From the UHGV virus genome UHGV-1382945: 62,026 nucleotides of DNA; one strand, 5' to 3'. A model generated the notes under the pieces. The model saw nothing but the letters and a program-made list of their open reading frames with translations. It made no database searches and was not told the origin of the DNA. Shown piece by piece: positions 37,863 to 46,680 of this stretch. The DNA comes from a virus. A program made the position numbers and the translations under genes. The number at the start of each line of letters is the position of its first letter. Positions within the stretch are counted from its first letter, which is position 1.

Positions 37863-39242
37863 ATGAACATTGAGGAAATCTCCCTTGTTTTGTTCTTGTT
37901 AAGCAAAGAAAACTTTGACAAGTACTTTAAATTCATCTTTGAGTTGAACCTTGAACTTGAAACTAAGAACTTTCTGAAAACAATTAAGGAGTATTTCTCT
38001 GAATATCCTGATAAGGAAGTACTTAGTGTTGAGGAATTACTTGTTTTCTTTTCAGTGAAGCACCCTATCCTGAAGAAGAGAACATCTTATTCTGCTTATC
38101 TTGAGCGTTTAGGTTCAACTGAGATTGATAATAAAGTCCTTGAAGAAAACTTAAACCATTTCCTTGAAAAGTACTTTGCAAGTGAGATGGTGTTTAAGTT
38201 GACTGAAGTCCTTGACGGTGATTCATACTCTGTCCTTGACGAAGTACAAGATATGTTATCCGAGTTCAACGAACGCAAAGTAAAGCTTAACAAAGATGAA
38301 GACCAACTTTTTGTAAAGTCTAACTTGACTGAACTCTTACAAGAAGAAGTACATGAAGCTGGATTACGATGGCGCTTGTCATGCCTGAACGAAAGCATCG
38401 GAGAACTAAGAGGTGGTAGCCTTGGTCACGTATTTGCTAGAGTTGACACAGGTAAGACATCGTTTATTGTATCAGAAGTTTCTAACTTCGCATCACAGCT
38501 AAAGGATGATGAGGTTATACTCTGGTGTAATAACGAAGAGAAAGGCAAGCGTGTTCTCTTTCGTATCTATCAGTCAGTGCTTAAGTGCAGTAAGGCTGAT
38601 CTCGTCAACTACCCTGCTGATGCAGAAGAAGAGTTCACCAAACTAGGCGGACACAAGATAAAAATCTATGATCAAGCTGTCATCTCAGTTGAAGACATTG
38701 AGCAGTTGATGAAGACGTACAATGTACGCCTCTTAGTTATCGACCAAGGTGACAAGGTTCGTTTCTCTGGTGACAGAGATATGTCAACTGTTGAAAGACT
38801 TAAAGCTGTATATGGTAAGTTTCGCGAACTTGCTAAAGCATACGACTGTGATGTCATTGCTGTTGGTCAGGCGTCAGCTTCAGCAGAAGGTGCTAAATGG
38901 CTGAAGACATCTGACATGGATAACAGCAAGACCGGTAAACCCGGTGAGCTTGACTATGCAATCGGGATAGGAAAATCACTAGATGATGTTGACAATCCTG
39001 TTTGCAGTATTAGATATATATCTCTGTGCAAGAACAAGATGAATGAAGGTAGACATGGCAAGTATGAAGTAGTGTTCAATGCTTCATGCGCCCTGTATAC
39101 TGACAAGGCATCAGGTAGCTTCTCTGAAGTGTCGAAGTCCGACGACCAGTCTCACCACGGTTCTGGCTCATCTGAAGTTAAGTCAACCTTCAAGACTCTT
39201 TTGTCTGAGATATATGGGAACCCTAACTTGGAACAGAAGTAA
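37863..39242 (+). CDS. DnaB-like (SF4) replicative helicase, 459 aa
   Basis: Walker A-like ARVDTGKTSF, Walker B LLVIDQGD; location next to primase and polymerase; AT-rich codon usage. Confidence 0.55.
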   Translation: MNIEEISLVLFLLSKENFDKYFKFIFELNLELETKNFLKTIKEYFSEYPDKEVLSVEELLVFFSVKHPILKKRTSYSAYLERLGSTEIDNKVLEENLNHFLEKYFASEMVFKLTEVLDGDSYSVLDEVQDMLSEFNERKVKLNKDEDQLFVKSNLTELLQEEVHEAGLRWRLSCLNESIGELRGGSLGHVFARVDTGKTSFIVSEVSNFASQLKDDEVILWCNNEEKGKRVLFRIYQSVLKCSKADLVNYPADAEEEFTKLGGHKIKIYDQAVISVEDIEQLMKTYNVRLLVIDQGDKVRFSGDRDMSTVERLKAVYGKFRELAKAYDCDVIAVGQASASAEGAKWLKTSDMDNSKTGKPGELDYAIGIGKSLDDVDNPVCSIRYISLCKNKMNEGRHGKYEVVFNASCALYTDKASGSFSEVSKSDDQSHHGSGSSEVKSTFKTLLSEIYGNPNLEQK

Positions 39243-39244
39243 AC

Positions 39245-39460
39245 ATGTCCGTATTCACTAACAAGGTTATTGCTCAGGCTGATATCGCTTTCGAAGAGTT
39301 TGTTGCTAAGCTGGAACAGGAAACTGGTCTTGCCTTGCGCGATCTCTCCCTCGTCGACATGCTCACCGCTCTCAAGAACTATGCGCAGCCGGCTGCTGCC
39401 GCTGCTATGTCTTTCTCTCTTGATGAGCCTGAAGTGACGACGAACAAGCCGAGCAAGTAA
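39245..39460 (+). CDS. hypothetical protein, 71 aa
   Basis: ORF between helicase and polymerase. Confidence 0.45.
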   Translation: MSVFTNKVIAQADIAFEEFVAKLEQETGLALRDLSLVDMLTALKNYAQPAAAAAMSFSLDEPEVTTNKPSK

Positions 39461-39461
39461 T

Positions 39462-41426
39462 ATGCCTTACGCGGTACTCGACATAGAATGTTCTAAAGCA
39501 CCGAAGCACATGCCTTGGACAGTAGGTTCCTTCTTGTGCTCTGTTGGAATTGAACGTCAGGACGGTACCTCAACCGTGTGGTTCTTCAATCCGAATAGCA
39601 GGCCACACGAAGAACTTCTTGCTGAAATCCAACAAGAGATTGACAAAGTTGATGTTTTGGTTGGACACAACATTAAGTTCGACTTGAACTGGTTGAAGTG
39701 GATTGGTTTGAATGTCAAGAACAAACCAGTCTGGTGTACGATGATAGCTGACTATCTCATAAATGGTCAGGGTAGACTTGAGTACAGTCTTAATGCTGTT
39801 GCAGAACGCTATGACCTAGGGCGTAAGCTCGATGCTATGGCTATGTACTGGCAAGCTGGATACGAGACGGATGAGATTCCGTTGGAGATTCATGAAGACT
39901 ATCTCAAGCAGGACATACATCTTACACATGCCGTGTTCAAGAAGCAAGTCCCACTCGTTGAGCGTGCAGGACTTGACAAGATAACGGAACTTTCTTTCCG
40001 TATAACCCAGATTCTTTCTGATGTAGAAGTATCTGGTGCAGCCTTCGACAAAGAAGAAGCCACTGCTTACTGTGATCAAACACGTGATCAAGTTAAAGCA
40101 ATGGACAAGACGCTTGTCGAACTGGCTGGCATTGACTTTACTCCCTCCTCTGCTCCACAACTCAGTGCTGTTTTGTATGGTGGTTATCTAAAGAAGGAAG
40201 TTCCTGAACTTGTAGCTCGTCAGCTGAAGAGCGGTAAGTTTAAGATCACCACACGTAAGACTAAGATCGAGATTCCTATCAAGGGACTTGGCTTCAAAGT
40301 TCCAGAAGGCTGTGTATCCAAAAAGACTGGCTTGCCTTTGACCGATAAGAATACTCTTGATCTATTAAAGTCTAACGACGAATGCTCTGAGTCCTTCCTT
40401 CAAACACTACGAGATCAGAAGAAGCTGAACAAAGTAGTGTCCACAATTGCTGGTTCCAAAGAAGAAAAAGAGACAGGCCTGATTGCTGTCATCGGTAAAG
40501 ATGGCAGACTTCATCCTTCCTTTAACCAGTGCGTAACACGTACAGGTAGACTCTCTTCTTCAAATCCGAACGGGCAAAACTTTCCCCGTAGTGGTACCAG
40601 CCCCATCAAAACATTCTTTAAAAGTACACAAGGGGTTATAATAAACATTGACTTAGCTCAGATTGAATGGCGTATAGCTGCTGAGTTAAGCCGTGATCCT
40701 GTGATGCTTCGTGAGTTGAACGAAGGTCTGGACATTCATGCTGATAATGCTTTACGTTTCTTCGGTGCAGACAAGTATCCGAGAGACTCGAAAGAGTTTA
40801 AGAAACTTCGCACTACTGCAAAGACAATGTCATTCCGTCTTTTATACGGTGGTTCAGCCTCTGGGTTCTACAAAGATCAACGGATGCCTGACTACAGTCT
40901 AAAGAAGTGGAAAGAGATTGTAGCAGCTTTCTACCAAAAGTATCAAGGACTTAAGAAGTGGCAAGACACAAACATGCAGATTGCCAAGTCACGTGGGTAT
41001 CTTCGTAATCCATCTGGACGTGTCCTTACGTTTGACAACATGATGGGATACGATGGTGTAGAAACTGTTGACGGTAAGCAGGTGTCAAACTATCCAGTAC
41101 AGTCTGGGTCGACTGACGTTATGTACTTGCTTATGTGGAAGTTGCTTACACGTACACAAGAGTTTAAACTTCTTGCTAAGTTTATTCTTCAAGTGCACGA
41201 CTCTATGGTATTTGACGCTCCTATTGAAGAAGCAGAGACGTTATGTCGTGAAGCTATCAAGCTGATGCATAGCCTTCCTCAGCTTGCTAAAGAATACTTT
41301 GGTTGGGATATTGCGGCTCCCTTGACAGGAGACTGTGAGATAGGGTATGATTATGGTAACATGAAAGAGATCAAGGAAGAAGATATGGATAAGATCTTCG
41401 CCGATCTTCCTGCCTTCTTGTCTTGA
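39462..41426 (+). CDS. family A DNA polymerase with 3'-5' exonuclease domain, 654 aa
   Basis: Exo I VLDIECS, Exo II VGHNIKFDLNWL; Pol motif A RTGRLSSSNPNGQNFPR, motif B KTMSFRLLYGGS, motif C QVHDSMVFD. Confidence 0.9.
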   Translation: MPYAVLDIECSKAPKHMPWTVGSFLCSVGIERQDGTSTVWFFNPNSRPHEELLAEIQQEIDKVDVLVGHNIKFDLNWLKWIGLNVKNKPVWCTMIADYLINGQGRLEYSLNAVAERYDLGRKLDAMAMYWQAGYETDEIPLEIHEDYLKQDIHLTHAVFKKQVPLVERAGLDKITELSFRITQILSDVEVSGAAFDKEEATAYCDQTRDQVKAMDKTLVELAGIDFTPSSAPQLSAVLYGGYLKKEVPELVARQLKSGKFKITTRKTKIEIPIKGLGFKVPEGCVSKKTGLPLTDKNTLDLLKSNDECSESFLQTLRDQKKLNKVVSTIAGSKEEKETGLIAVIGKDGRLHPSFNQCVTRTGRLSSSNPNGQNFPRSGTSPIKTFFKSTQGVIINIDLAQIEWRIAAELSRDPVMLRELNEGLDIHADNALRFFGADKYPRDSKEFKKLRTTAKTMSFRLLYGGSASGFYKDQRMPDYSLKKWKEIVAAFYQKYQGLKKWQDTNMQIAKSRGYLRNPSGRVLTFDNMMGYDGVETVDGKQVSNYPVQSGSTDVMYLLMWKLLTRTQEFKLLAKFILQVHDSMVFDAPIEEAETLCREAIKLMHSLPQLAKEYFGWDIAAPLTGDCEIGYDYGNMKEIKEEDMDKIFADLPAFLS

Positions 41427-41486
41427 CAAATACTCCTTCGTGTTTATCTTTTTTTTTGTACGCGTGCGAAAATATAGGAAAAGACC

Positions 41487-41918
41487 ATGTGGTTTATTTT
41501 TGATAGTATCGAACTGAAGAACGATCTGGTGTCTAGGGCTGGCCGTCCCTTTACTGGTTACGTCCTCAAAGGAGAACGCAAAGGTTTTAACAAAGACCCT
41601 AACACTCCTTATGAAAAGATTCTCTTCGACAATACTGCTACCACAGTAATTGAGAAGGGTATCGAACGCCCTAACTGTTCTATAGTACAGTTCTTCCAGA
41701 AGGCATGTTCTCCGGGTGACATTGTCATCATGAAGTTCGTTCGACGAGGTGGTAATATGTGGGATATTGCTTCCGTTGAAAAGCTCGGTGAGCGCCAAGA
41801 CCTTCCCACATATGAACCGTTGACAGAAGAGCAAGAGAAAGCTCTCAAGTCACAAGGTGTTGCAGGTAGTGAAGCTGCTATGGCTGCTACCAGCAAAGTT
41901 CCTGCTTGGGTAAGATAA
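41487..41918 (+). CDS. hypothetical protein, 143 aa (possible DNA-binding accessory protein)
   Basis: ORF after polymerase; no motif recognised. Confidence 0.45.
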   Translation: MWFIFDSIELKNDLVSRAGRPFTGYVLKGERKGFNKDPNTPYEKILFDNTATTVIEKGIERPNCSIVQFFQKACSPGDIVIMKFVRRGGNMWDIASVEKLGERQDLPTYEPLTEEQEKALKSQGVAGSEAAMAATSKVPAWVR

Positions 41919-42011
41919 TTAGCTTAACTCAAAAGAGGCCAGTCTACTGATGTGAATATGTAACTTGACAGCATATGCATCGTATACTGGCCTTTTCTTT
42001 TTAGGAGTGTT

Positions 42012-42920
42012 ATGTACACGAACAAGTATCGTCTGCCCAAAGCATTTGAAGACGCCCTTCAACCTCAACCCTATGACCCTGTTGGTGCATCAGACTACAG
42101 TGCTACGTCACTGATCGACAGTCCGCGTTATGTGCAGCTCTACAAGAGACACAAGCATGAGATCGTTGAAGACCTGATGGACCAGTGGTATGTCTGGAGA
42201 GGTAACGCAGTACACCATAAGATGGAATCAGCTCTTTCAAACAATCCAAGATATCTGGTCGAACGTAAAGTCACACGCTTTGACAAGCCTGACGGAAGCG
42301 ATGAGTCAGCATACAGACGGGTCGTCGCAAAGTTTGACCTGTATGATAAAGAGACACAAACTCTTTCTGACTGGAAGACTTGCTCCGCGTACATGCACGG
42401 AAGCACAGGCAAGAAAGAATGGATTGACCAGCTCAACATCAATGCATACTTCCTTGAGAAAGAAGGGTATCCTGTAAAGGATGTCGCCATCAATGCCATC
42501 TACATGGACTGGCGACCTCAGTCTGGACGGTACAAAGATGACAAGTATCCCGAACTACCTTTCAATGAATTCAAGTTCCAAGTGCTGCCTCTTGCTGAGC
42601 GTGAAGCTTTCTACAAGGAACGTCTTCGTATGCACGTGGAAGCTGAATCACTGAGTGATGACATGCTGCCTACATGTACTCCGGAAGAATGTTGGGAGAA
42701 GCCTGCTAAGTATGCCATCTACAAGATGGGTGCAGCTAAGGCCACAAAACTTTGTGACACTCGTGAAGAAGCAGATGAGTACATCCGTCACAAGAGGCTT
42801 GGTCCTGACTACAAGATTGAGTTTCGTCCGGGCGAACGTACTCGCTGCGAGAAGTACTGTCCTGTAAGGCAATGGTGCAACCAGTATAAGGAGTGGAAAG
42901 ATGATCAAGGTAAAATATAA
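42012..42920 (+). CDS. PD-(D/E)XK nuclease with C-terminal 4-Cys cluster (Cas4/RecB-like exonuclease), 302 aa
   Basis: FDLYD...SDWKT core; C-terminal CTPEEC...C...CEKYC...C cysteine cluster. Confidence 0.5.
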   Translation: MYTNKYRLPKAFEDALQPQPYDPVGASDYSATSLIDSPRYVQLYKRHKHEIVEDLMDQWYVWRGNAVHHKMESALSNNPRYLVERKVTRFDKPDGSDESAYRRVVAKFDLYDKETQTLSDWKTCSAYMHGSTGKKEWIDQLNINAYFLEKEGYPVKDVAINAIYMDWRPQSGRYKDDKYPELPFNEFKFQVLPLAEREAFYKERLRMHVEAESLSDDMLPTCTPEECWEKPAKYAIYKMGAAKATKLCDTREEADEYIRHKRLGPDYKIEFRPGERTRCEKYCPVRQWCNQYKEWKDDQGKI

Positions 42921-43236
42921 CCCTGAGTGGCACGATGACCCAAAGAACTGGTATGCTATAAAGTACAATGACGAGCAATTCTCTGAACTGTCCAAGGTCT
43001 GGGCTGACCTAGGTCTTGAACTTCTTGTTCATAAACAAGATGTTGATCCCTTGATTGACATCGTGCAGAGAGGTGAGGATGACCGCATCGTGTTCGCCGA
43101 GACAATTGGCGCTGGCGAATGGTTCATCTTCGACCCTATGATCAAGGACGAATGGTTCATTGCTACGAACATGGAATTTGCAGCAGCTTTTGTTGCTGTA
43201 GAGGAGGAGCCTAAAAATGATCAAGGTAATGTATAA
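42901..43236 (+). CDS. hypothetical protein, tandem paralogue 1, 111 aa
   Basis: MIKVKYNPEWHDDP...LGLE...GEWF ; about 45% identical to 43217-43543. Confidence 0.55.
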   Translation: MIKVKYNPEWHDDPKNWYAIKYNDEQFSELSKVWADLGLELLVHKQDVDPLIDIVQRGEDDRIVFAETIGAGEWFIFDPMIKDEWFIATNMEFAAAFVAVEEEPKNDQGNV

Positions 43237-43543
43237 CCCTAAGTGGTGTGAAGACGCGACCGTCGAGCACGCCATACGATACACCAGTGACAACTTCGCT
43301 GAGCTGTACAAGTTATGGGCTGAGCTAGGACTTGAGACTTTCCTGCACAAACGGGAAGGCGGTCCCCTTACTGATATCATACAGAGGGACGAAGACGGCC
43401 TCATCGTGTACGCTATGACTATCCGCGTTGGCGATTGGTTCAAGGTCGATCCTATGGACAACGAATGGTACGTTGTTCCTAATAAGGAGCTCACGGAAAG
43501 ATATATTGTCATTGAAGAGGAGGCACCTCATGCACAAGCTTGA
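43217..43543 (+). CDS. hypothetical protein, tandem paralogue 2, 108 aa
   Basis: MIKVMYNPKWCEDA...LGLE...GDWF. Confidence 0.55.
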   Translation: MIKVMYNPKWCEDATVEHAIRYTSDNFAELYKLWAELGLETFLHKREGGPLTDIIQRDEDGLIVYAMTIRVGDWFKVDPMDNEWYVVPNKELTERYIVIEEEAPHAQA

Positions 43544-43817
43544 TTCAACTTGGGAGATTATCCGCATACCAGAGAAGTCAGAGTTCTCTGAGGAAGACAA
43601 GCAGCAGATGAAAGCTCTCGCAGGCAAGTGCTCCGAAGTAGAAGATATCTCTTTCGTTCATGACTATGACGATGACATGAAGGTTGTGGTGGAATACTAC
43701 AACGGTGGAAGTACGGTAGCTTCTAACGGATACATGGCTTACTGTGAAAACCTTGACATCCTGCTCTTCCTGACTTATGAACAGTACGTTAAGCTCTTTA
43801 AGGGGGTGACTTTGTAG
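43530..43817 (+). CDS. hypothetical protein, 95 aa
   Basis: internal ATG of track ORF 43428; overlaps upstream stop. Confidence 0.4.
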   Translation: MHKLDSTWEIIRIPEKSEFSEEDKQQMKALAGKCSEVEDISFVHDYDDDMKVVVEYYNGGSTVASNGYMAYCENLDILLFLTYEQYVKLFKGVTL

Positions 43818-43826
43818 TGATTAGAT

Positions 43827-43976
43827 ATGAGTTGAGGATACCTGCCATCGTCACATATAGAGACAAGGGTATTGTCGATGTGTTACTTCGGTCTGGTATC
43901 AAGGTTACTTTGAAGGAAGACGACTTCGTTCGTTGCTTCAAGGTTATGAAGGATATCTCAACCATAGAGGACTAGC
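43827..43976 (+). CDS. hypothetical small protein, 49 aa
   Basis: small ORF filling gap. Confidence 0.3.
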
Positions 43977-43977
43977 G

Positions 43978-44241
43978 ATGAATAAGCTTGAACCGATGAC
44001 TGTTGTCAAGCATTTCAAAGGTAACCAGTATCTCGTACTTGGGACTGCTAAGCATACTGAACTCGACGATGAGTTTGTTGTTTATCGTCCTCTTGATGGA
44101 GATCGCAGGTTGTTCGTTAGACCTATTGATATGTTCCTGTCTGATGTGGATAAGGAGAAGTATCCTGATGTGCAGCAGAAGGAACGGTTTGAGTACGTAG
44201 CTCCTCTTAAGGATATCCTAGCAGCGAAGGCGATTGCATAG
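43978..44241 (+). CDS. DUF1653-like protein, 88 aa
   Basis: VVKHFKGNQYLVLG...HTE...EFVVYRPLDGD...FVRP pattern characteristic of DUF1653. Confidence 0.5.
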   Translation: MNKLEPMTVVKHFKGNQYLVLGTAKHTELDDEFVVYRPLDGDRRLFVRPIDMFLSDVDKEKYPDVQQKERFEYVAPLKDILAAKAIA

Positions 44242-44299
44242 TGCTTAACCTTTAAGAGTGGGGTAGCTTAGGTTACCTCACTCATTACAAGGAGTATGT

Positions 44300-44467
44300 A
44301 TGCAAGTATACGTTGTCCTTTTGCATAAGCGCAATCCTGATACAGGTCAGGTGAAGACTACTATCACTGGTGTATTCAAAGAGAAGGGACACCTTGAAGA
44401 GAACATCAAGTTGTATGATGTCCCTGACTCGTGGTTTACACTTGAGACATGGGAGGTGATAGAATGA
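44300..44467 (+). CDS. small protein, dispersed paralogue 1 (MQVYVVLLHKRNPDTG...), 55 aa
   Basis: below track cutoff; RBS AAGGAG; N-terminal half similar to 44795-44971. Confidence 0.45.
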   Translation: MQVYVVLLHKRNPDTGQVKTTITGVFKEKGHLEENIKLYDVPDSWFTLETWEVIE

Positions 44468-44634
44468 AAGCAGATGTAATCCTTAGGCTGGAAACCAGAA
44501 GCGAGCCTGTCGTAGAAGAAATAGCTTATGTTCATGCTGTTATCTTGGGTCGCTCTGGTCTTGAAGAGTTTAATAAACTCGAACAGACAGATTGGGTACG
44601 GTACACTATTCAAACTGTGGAGGCACAAGAATGA
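44464..44634 (+). CDS. hypothetical protein, 56 aa
   Basis: ATGA overlap. Confidence 0.4.
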   Translation: MKADVILRLETRSEPVVEEIAYVHAVILGRSGLEEFNKLEQTDWVRYTIQTVEAQE

Positions 44635-44795
44635 GAGTGTACAATGTTGTCTTGATAGACGACTACGGTGATTGTACTACTTTGGCTACGTGTGATTCTC
44701 AGGATACTGCTGCGCAGTGGGCCAAGAATCATTCGTCTGGGTATACCTTTGTCATTGAAGAAGTGGAAGTCTTAACTGCGGACAAGGTGAACTAA
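44631..44795 (+). CDS. hypothetical protein, 54 aa
   Basis: ATGA overlap. Confidence 0.4.
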   Translation: MRVYNVVLIDDYGDCTTLATCDSQDTAAQWAKNHSSGYTFVIEEVEVLTADKVN

Positions 44796-44971
44796 TGCAA
44801 GTGTATGTCCTCATGAGCCATATGTACAATCCCGAGACAGAATGCAACGACACTAAGGTTGTCGGTGTGTTCAAAGAAAGGGTACACTTTAAAGACAACA
44901 TTAGGAAAGCCATTGAGGAAACTCTTGGCATTACCTTTGAACTTCAAGCCTGTGAGTATACGAATGATTAA
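44795..44971 (+). CDS. small protein, dispersed paralogue 2 (MQVYVLMSHMYNPETE...), 58 aa
   Basis: TAATG overlap; similar to 44300-44467. Confidence 0.45.
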   Translation: MQVYVLMSHMYNPETECNDTKVVGVFKERVHFKDNIRKAIEETLGITFELQACEYTND

Positions 44972-45158
44972 GAAATTCATTGGGACTATCTGGCGGTGTG
45001 TAGCTAATGTGTACTGGGGCACGATGGCTGTATTCAATCTTCCTATCTTTCTCATGGACATCGCTGTTCGTGTGAAGACTAGCACGGTAGAAGACATCCT
45101 GCGTACCATCCAGATGCTTCAGCAAGACCTTCGAGACAGTGTAAAGGCAGGTATCTAA
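44964..45158 (+). CDS. small membrane protein, 64 aa
   Basis: TM-like GTMAVFNLPIFLMDIAV. Confidence 0.4.
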   Translation: MIKKFIGTIWRCVANVYWGTMAVFNLPIFLMDIAVRVKTSTVEDILRTIQMLQQDLRDSVKAGI

Positions 45159-45159
45159 G

Positions 45160-45528
45160 ATGATTTATCCTAGCTCGCTTAACGTGTTCGGTCATGACGT
45201 AAGCGTAAAAGTTTTCAGTGACCCTATTGAGGTAGTGGAGGACGGTCAGAAGACTGATGTTGTGCTTGCACAGTATGATCCTCAGACGACTACCATTTCT
45301 CTGATGCATGTCCCGGACAAGCCGGGCATCGGTGGTAGTAACTTCATACATGAGGTTATCGAAGCCATCGATGTGCACGGGGACTTGCAGTTGAACCATA
45401 CACAAATTTCCACACTGGCGTCTGGTTTGTATCAGGCGTTTGTGTCTGGGGAGGTAAACTTTGGACGAGCCTGTTATGAAACTGTTCCCGCTGGTAAACG
45501 GGAGTATGTGTCCAATATGTTCCAGTAA
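45160..45528 (+). CDS. hypothetical protein, 122 aa
   Basis: ORF. Confidence 0.5.
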   Translation: MIYPSSLNVFGHDVSVKVFSDPIEVVEDGQKTDVVLAQYDPQTTTISLMHVPDKPGIGGSNFIHEVIEAIDVHGDLQLNHTQISTLASGLYQAFVSGEVNFGRACYETVPAGKREYVSNMFQ

Positions 45529-45646
45529 ACATGTTGACGTATACAAAGCACCGAACGAACTGCTCTTTGTTAAATGTTCTGACTGTGGCAACGAATCTTC
45601 TTTTGTAAGCGACACAAGGCTGGCGAGGCTTGTCTGGTTGTCTTAA
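45506..45646 (+). CDS. zinc-ribbon protein, 46 aa
   Basis: CPICS...CSDCG. Confidence 0.4.
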   Translation: MCPICSSKHVDVYKAPNELLFVKCSDCGNESSFVSDTRLARLVWLS

Positions 45647-45664
45647 CAGAGGTAGTGTGCATAT

Positions 45665-46147
45665 GTGAGATCTATAAAATCAACCTATAACAAGACAAGG
45701 TTTGCTTCTAAGTTTGAAGCAGAACTTGCTAAAAAGTTCGACGAGCTTGGTATCAAGTGGGAGTATGAACCTTGTCGTATTCCTTGGCAGCCCGCTGTAC
45801 GATATTATAAACCTGACTTTAAGGTTACACTTCCAGACGGTGAGGAGTTCTTTGTCGAAGCAAAGGGATACTTTGATCCCTCTATGCGAAGTAAGATGGC
45901 TCAGATTCGTGAGCAACATCCAGACTTAGATATACGCTTCGTCTTCATGCTTGAAGATAAAGTTATCTCTCGGTCTACAAAGAACCCCACCACGTACAAA
46001 ACGTGGGCTAAACGACACGGCTACTCGTGTTGGAAGCCTGATACCTTAGCTGAGAGTAATAGTACTAATGTCGAACGAAAGACTTGTAGAACAGGCAAAC
46101 ATGGAAACACTCGAAGAAGTAAAGGAAGCCATCAAGGACGCGCATAA
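45665..46147 (+). CDS. T7 endonuclease I-like Holliday-junction resolvase, 160 aa
   Basis: YKPDFKVTLPDGEEFFVEAKG...IREQHPDLDIRFVF closely mirrors T7 gene 3 motifs (PDF...VETKG...IREQHPELDIRIVF). Confidence 0.8.
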   Translation: MRSIKSTYNKTRFASKFEAELAKKFDELGIKWEYEPCRIPWQPAVRYYKPDFKVTLPDGEEFFVEAKGYFDPSMRSKMAQIREQHPDLDIRFVFMLEDKVISRSTKNPTTYKTWAKRHGYSCWKPDTLAESNSTNVERKTCRTGKHGNTRRSKGSHQGRA

Positions 46148-46376
46148 ACGTCATCCTGAGACGCATCCGTCTATCGAGCATTCTGCTTGGATTCTCAAAG
46201 AGGAGATGGCCGAGCTGAAACATGAGCTTTACAAACCGGAGAGATGGCGTGACACTACTGCGATTTGTGAAGAAGCCTGTCAAGTTGCTGCTTCTGCTAT
46301 CCGCCTGATTGCTGACATGAAAGTTCGTAAGATGGAAGGGTATAAGGAGAACGAACATTACCGTCACGCAGCATAA
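46068..46376 (+). CDS. possible MazG-like all-alpha NTP pyrophosphohydrolase, 102 aa
   Basis: ILKEEMAELKHEL resembles EExxEL motif; overlaps 3' end of endonuclease ORF. Confidence 0.3.
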   Translation: MSNERLVEQANMETLEEVKEAIKDAHKRHPETHPSIEHSAWILKEEMAELKHELYKPERWRDTTAICEEACQVAASAIRLIADMKVRKMEGYKENEHYRHAA

Positions 46377-46389
46377 GCTGAGGTAATAT

Positions 46390-46680
46390 ATGGGAGTCAT
46401 GTGTTGGCTCAAAGACCACAACTGGGAACGCACTGAGATGTGGACTGGCACTGCGTATGACATCATCCGCATTGAAGTCGAACAGTTCAAGTGCTCTCGT
46501 TGTGGCAAGACAAAGAAGTCTGTCCGAGTGTTTGGTAAGTTGAGTAAGAAAATTGCAGAAGATATCGTTGACAATTCCACAGGAGTGGTTAATGATAGAT
46601 ATGTAAAGGAAGAAACTACTCTTCCTGAAAGTATTACTCTTACCAACACAAAGGAAGACGAATGCAAGACAACAGCGTAA
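46390..46680 (+). CDS. hypothetical protein, 96 aa
   Basis: CSRCGKTKK motif. Confidence 0.45.
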   Translation: MGVMCWLKDHNWERTEMWTGTAYDIIRIEVEQFKCSRCGKTKKSVRVFGKLSKKIAEDIVDNSTGVVNDRYVKEETTLPESITLTNTKEDECKTTA

